This document shows, in pieces, positions 63,665 through 64,000 of a stretch of DNA of 64,000 nucleotides. This DNA comes from Pseudomonadota bacterium. GTDB lineage: Bacteria > Pseudomonadota > Alphaproteobacteria > Rhodobacterales > Rhodobacteraceae. The translations under genes were made by a program, and so were the position numbers. Location: contig JBCBGM010000010.1 of NCBI GenBank assembly GCA_038526735.1, positions 494 through 64,493 of the forward strand. The letters are read 5' to 3'. The notes below the pieces were generated by a model. That model saw nothing but the letters and a program-made list of their open reading frames with translations, did no database searches and had not been told where the DNA came from. Position 1 is the first letter of the stretch, and each line of letters opens with the position of its first letter.

Positions 63665-64000
63665 ATGATTTTGCAGGGTTTCACGCAGCGCGCTTGGCGC
63701 GTTTCTGCCACGCTGGGGCTGGTCGCGGTGCTTGCGGGCTGCGTTCAGACCAACCCGTCCGTGACAGTCAAGACCGCGCCTCCCGACCTCTCGGCGTCGC
63801 GCAACATCCCTGCGCCGCCCTCCAGCAGCACGCGCCAGCCGATAGACCTCGGCAGCGAGAGCACCGCGCAAGCCACTGTTCTTCCTGATGAAACGCCAAC
63901 GCGGGTGATCCGCCGCGGCCGCAGCGAGGCGCGGATCGGCGCAGAGCAGCACCCCCGCGTGCTCGAAGAATTTGGCGGCGAGGTCGAAGACCCTGCGCTG
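63665..64000 (+). CDS. Lipoprotein, probably M48-family metalloprotease (5' part only)
   Basis: MILQGF...VAVLAGC lipobox, then EARIGAEQHPRVLEEFGGEVEDPAL; runs off the window. Confidence 0.7.
   Translation, partial: MILQGFTQRAWRVSATLGLVAVLAGCVQTNPSVTVKTAPPDLSASRNIPAPPSSSTRQPIDLGSESTAQATVLPDETPTRVIRRGRSEARIGAEQHPRVLEEFGGEVEDPAL

Overview
GC-rich chromosomal window from an alphaproteobacterium, most likely Rhodobacteraceae/Roseobacter-like (class I lysS, ccrM-rnhB, DUF6280, Hint-domain gene, MmgR-type sRNA). It is mostly housekeeping DNA: pyrF, dinB, hrpB, meaB, rpmB, lepA, selO, asd, leuB/leuC/leuD, lysS, cca, ccrM, rnhB, gabD, htpX, rsmB, purH, tlyA, lspA, glmM and three tRNAs (Gly-GCC, Pro-CGG, Arg-CCT). 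Three AT-richer islets are inserted: an XRE-HTH/ImmA-IrrE peptidase/small membrane protein module after lepA, and two divergent DUF3800 genes, one inside the leuC-leuD operon and one downstream of ccrM. The most interesting signal is that both DUF3800 genes are followed by an inward-pointing sigma70-like promoter and a compact structured sequence, which suggests a protein plus convergent small-RNA system. Other notable items: a family of composite palindromic repeats with covarying stems, two genes broken by single in-frame TAG codons, several small ORFs below the ORF-track cutoff (leuC leader, a bridging ORF before glmM, a Cys-rich sORF), an intact/degenerate pair of DUF4329 genes, and direct repeats next to tRNA-Arg. 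No CRISPR array, integrase or transposase is visible. All family assignments come from motif recognition by eye, not from database searches.
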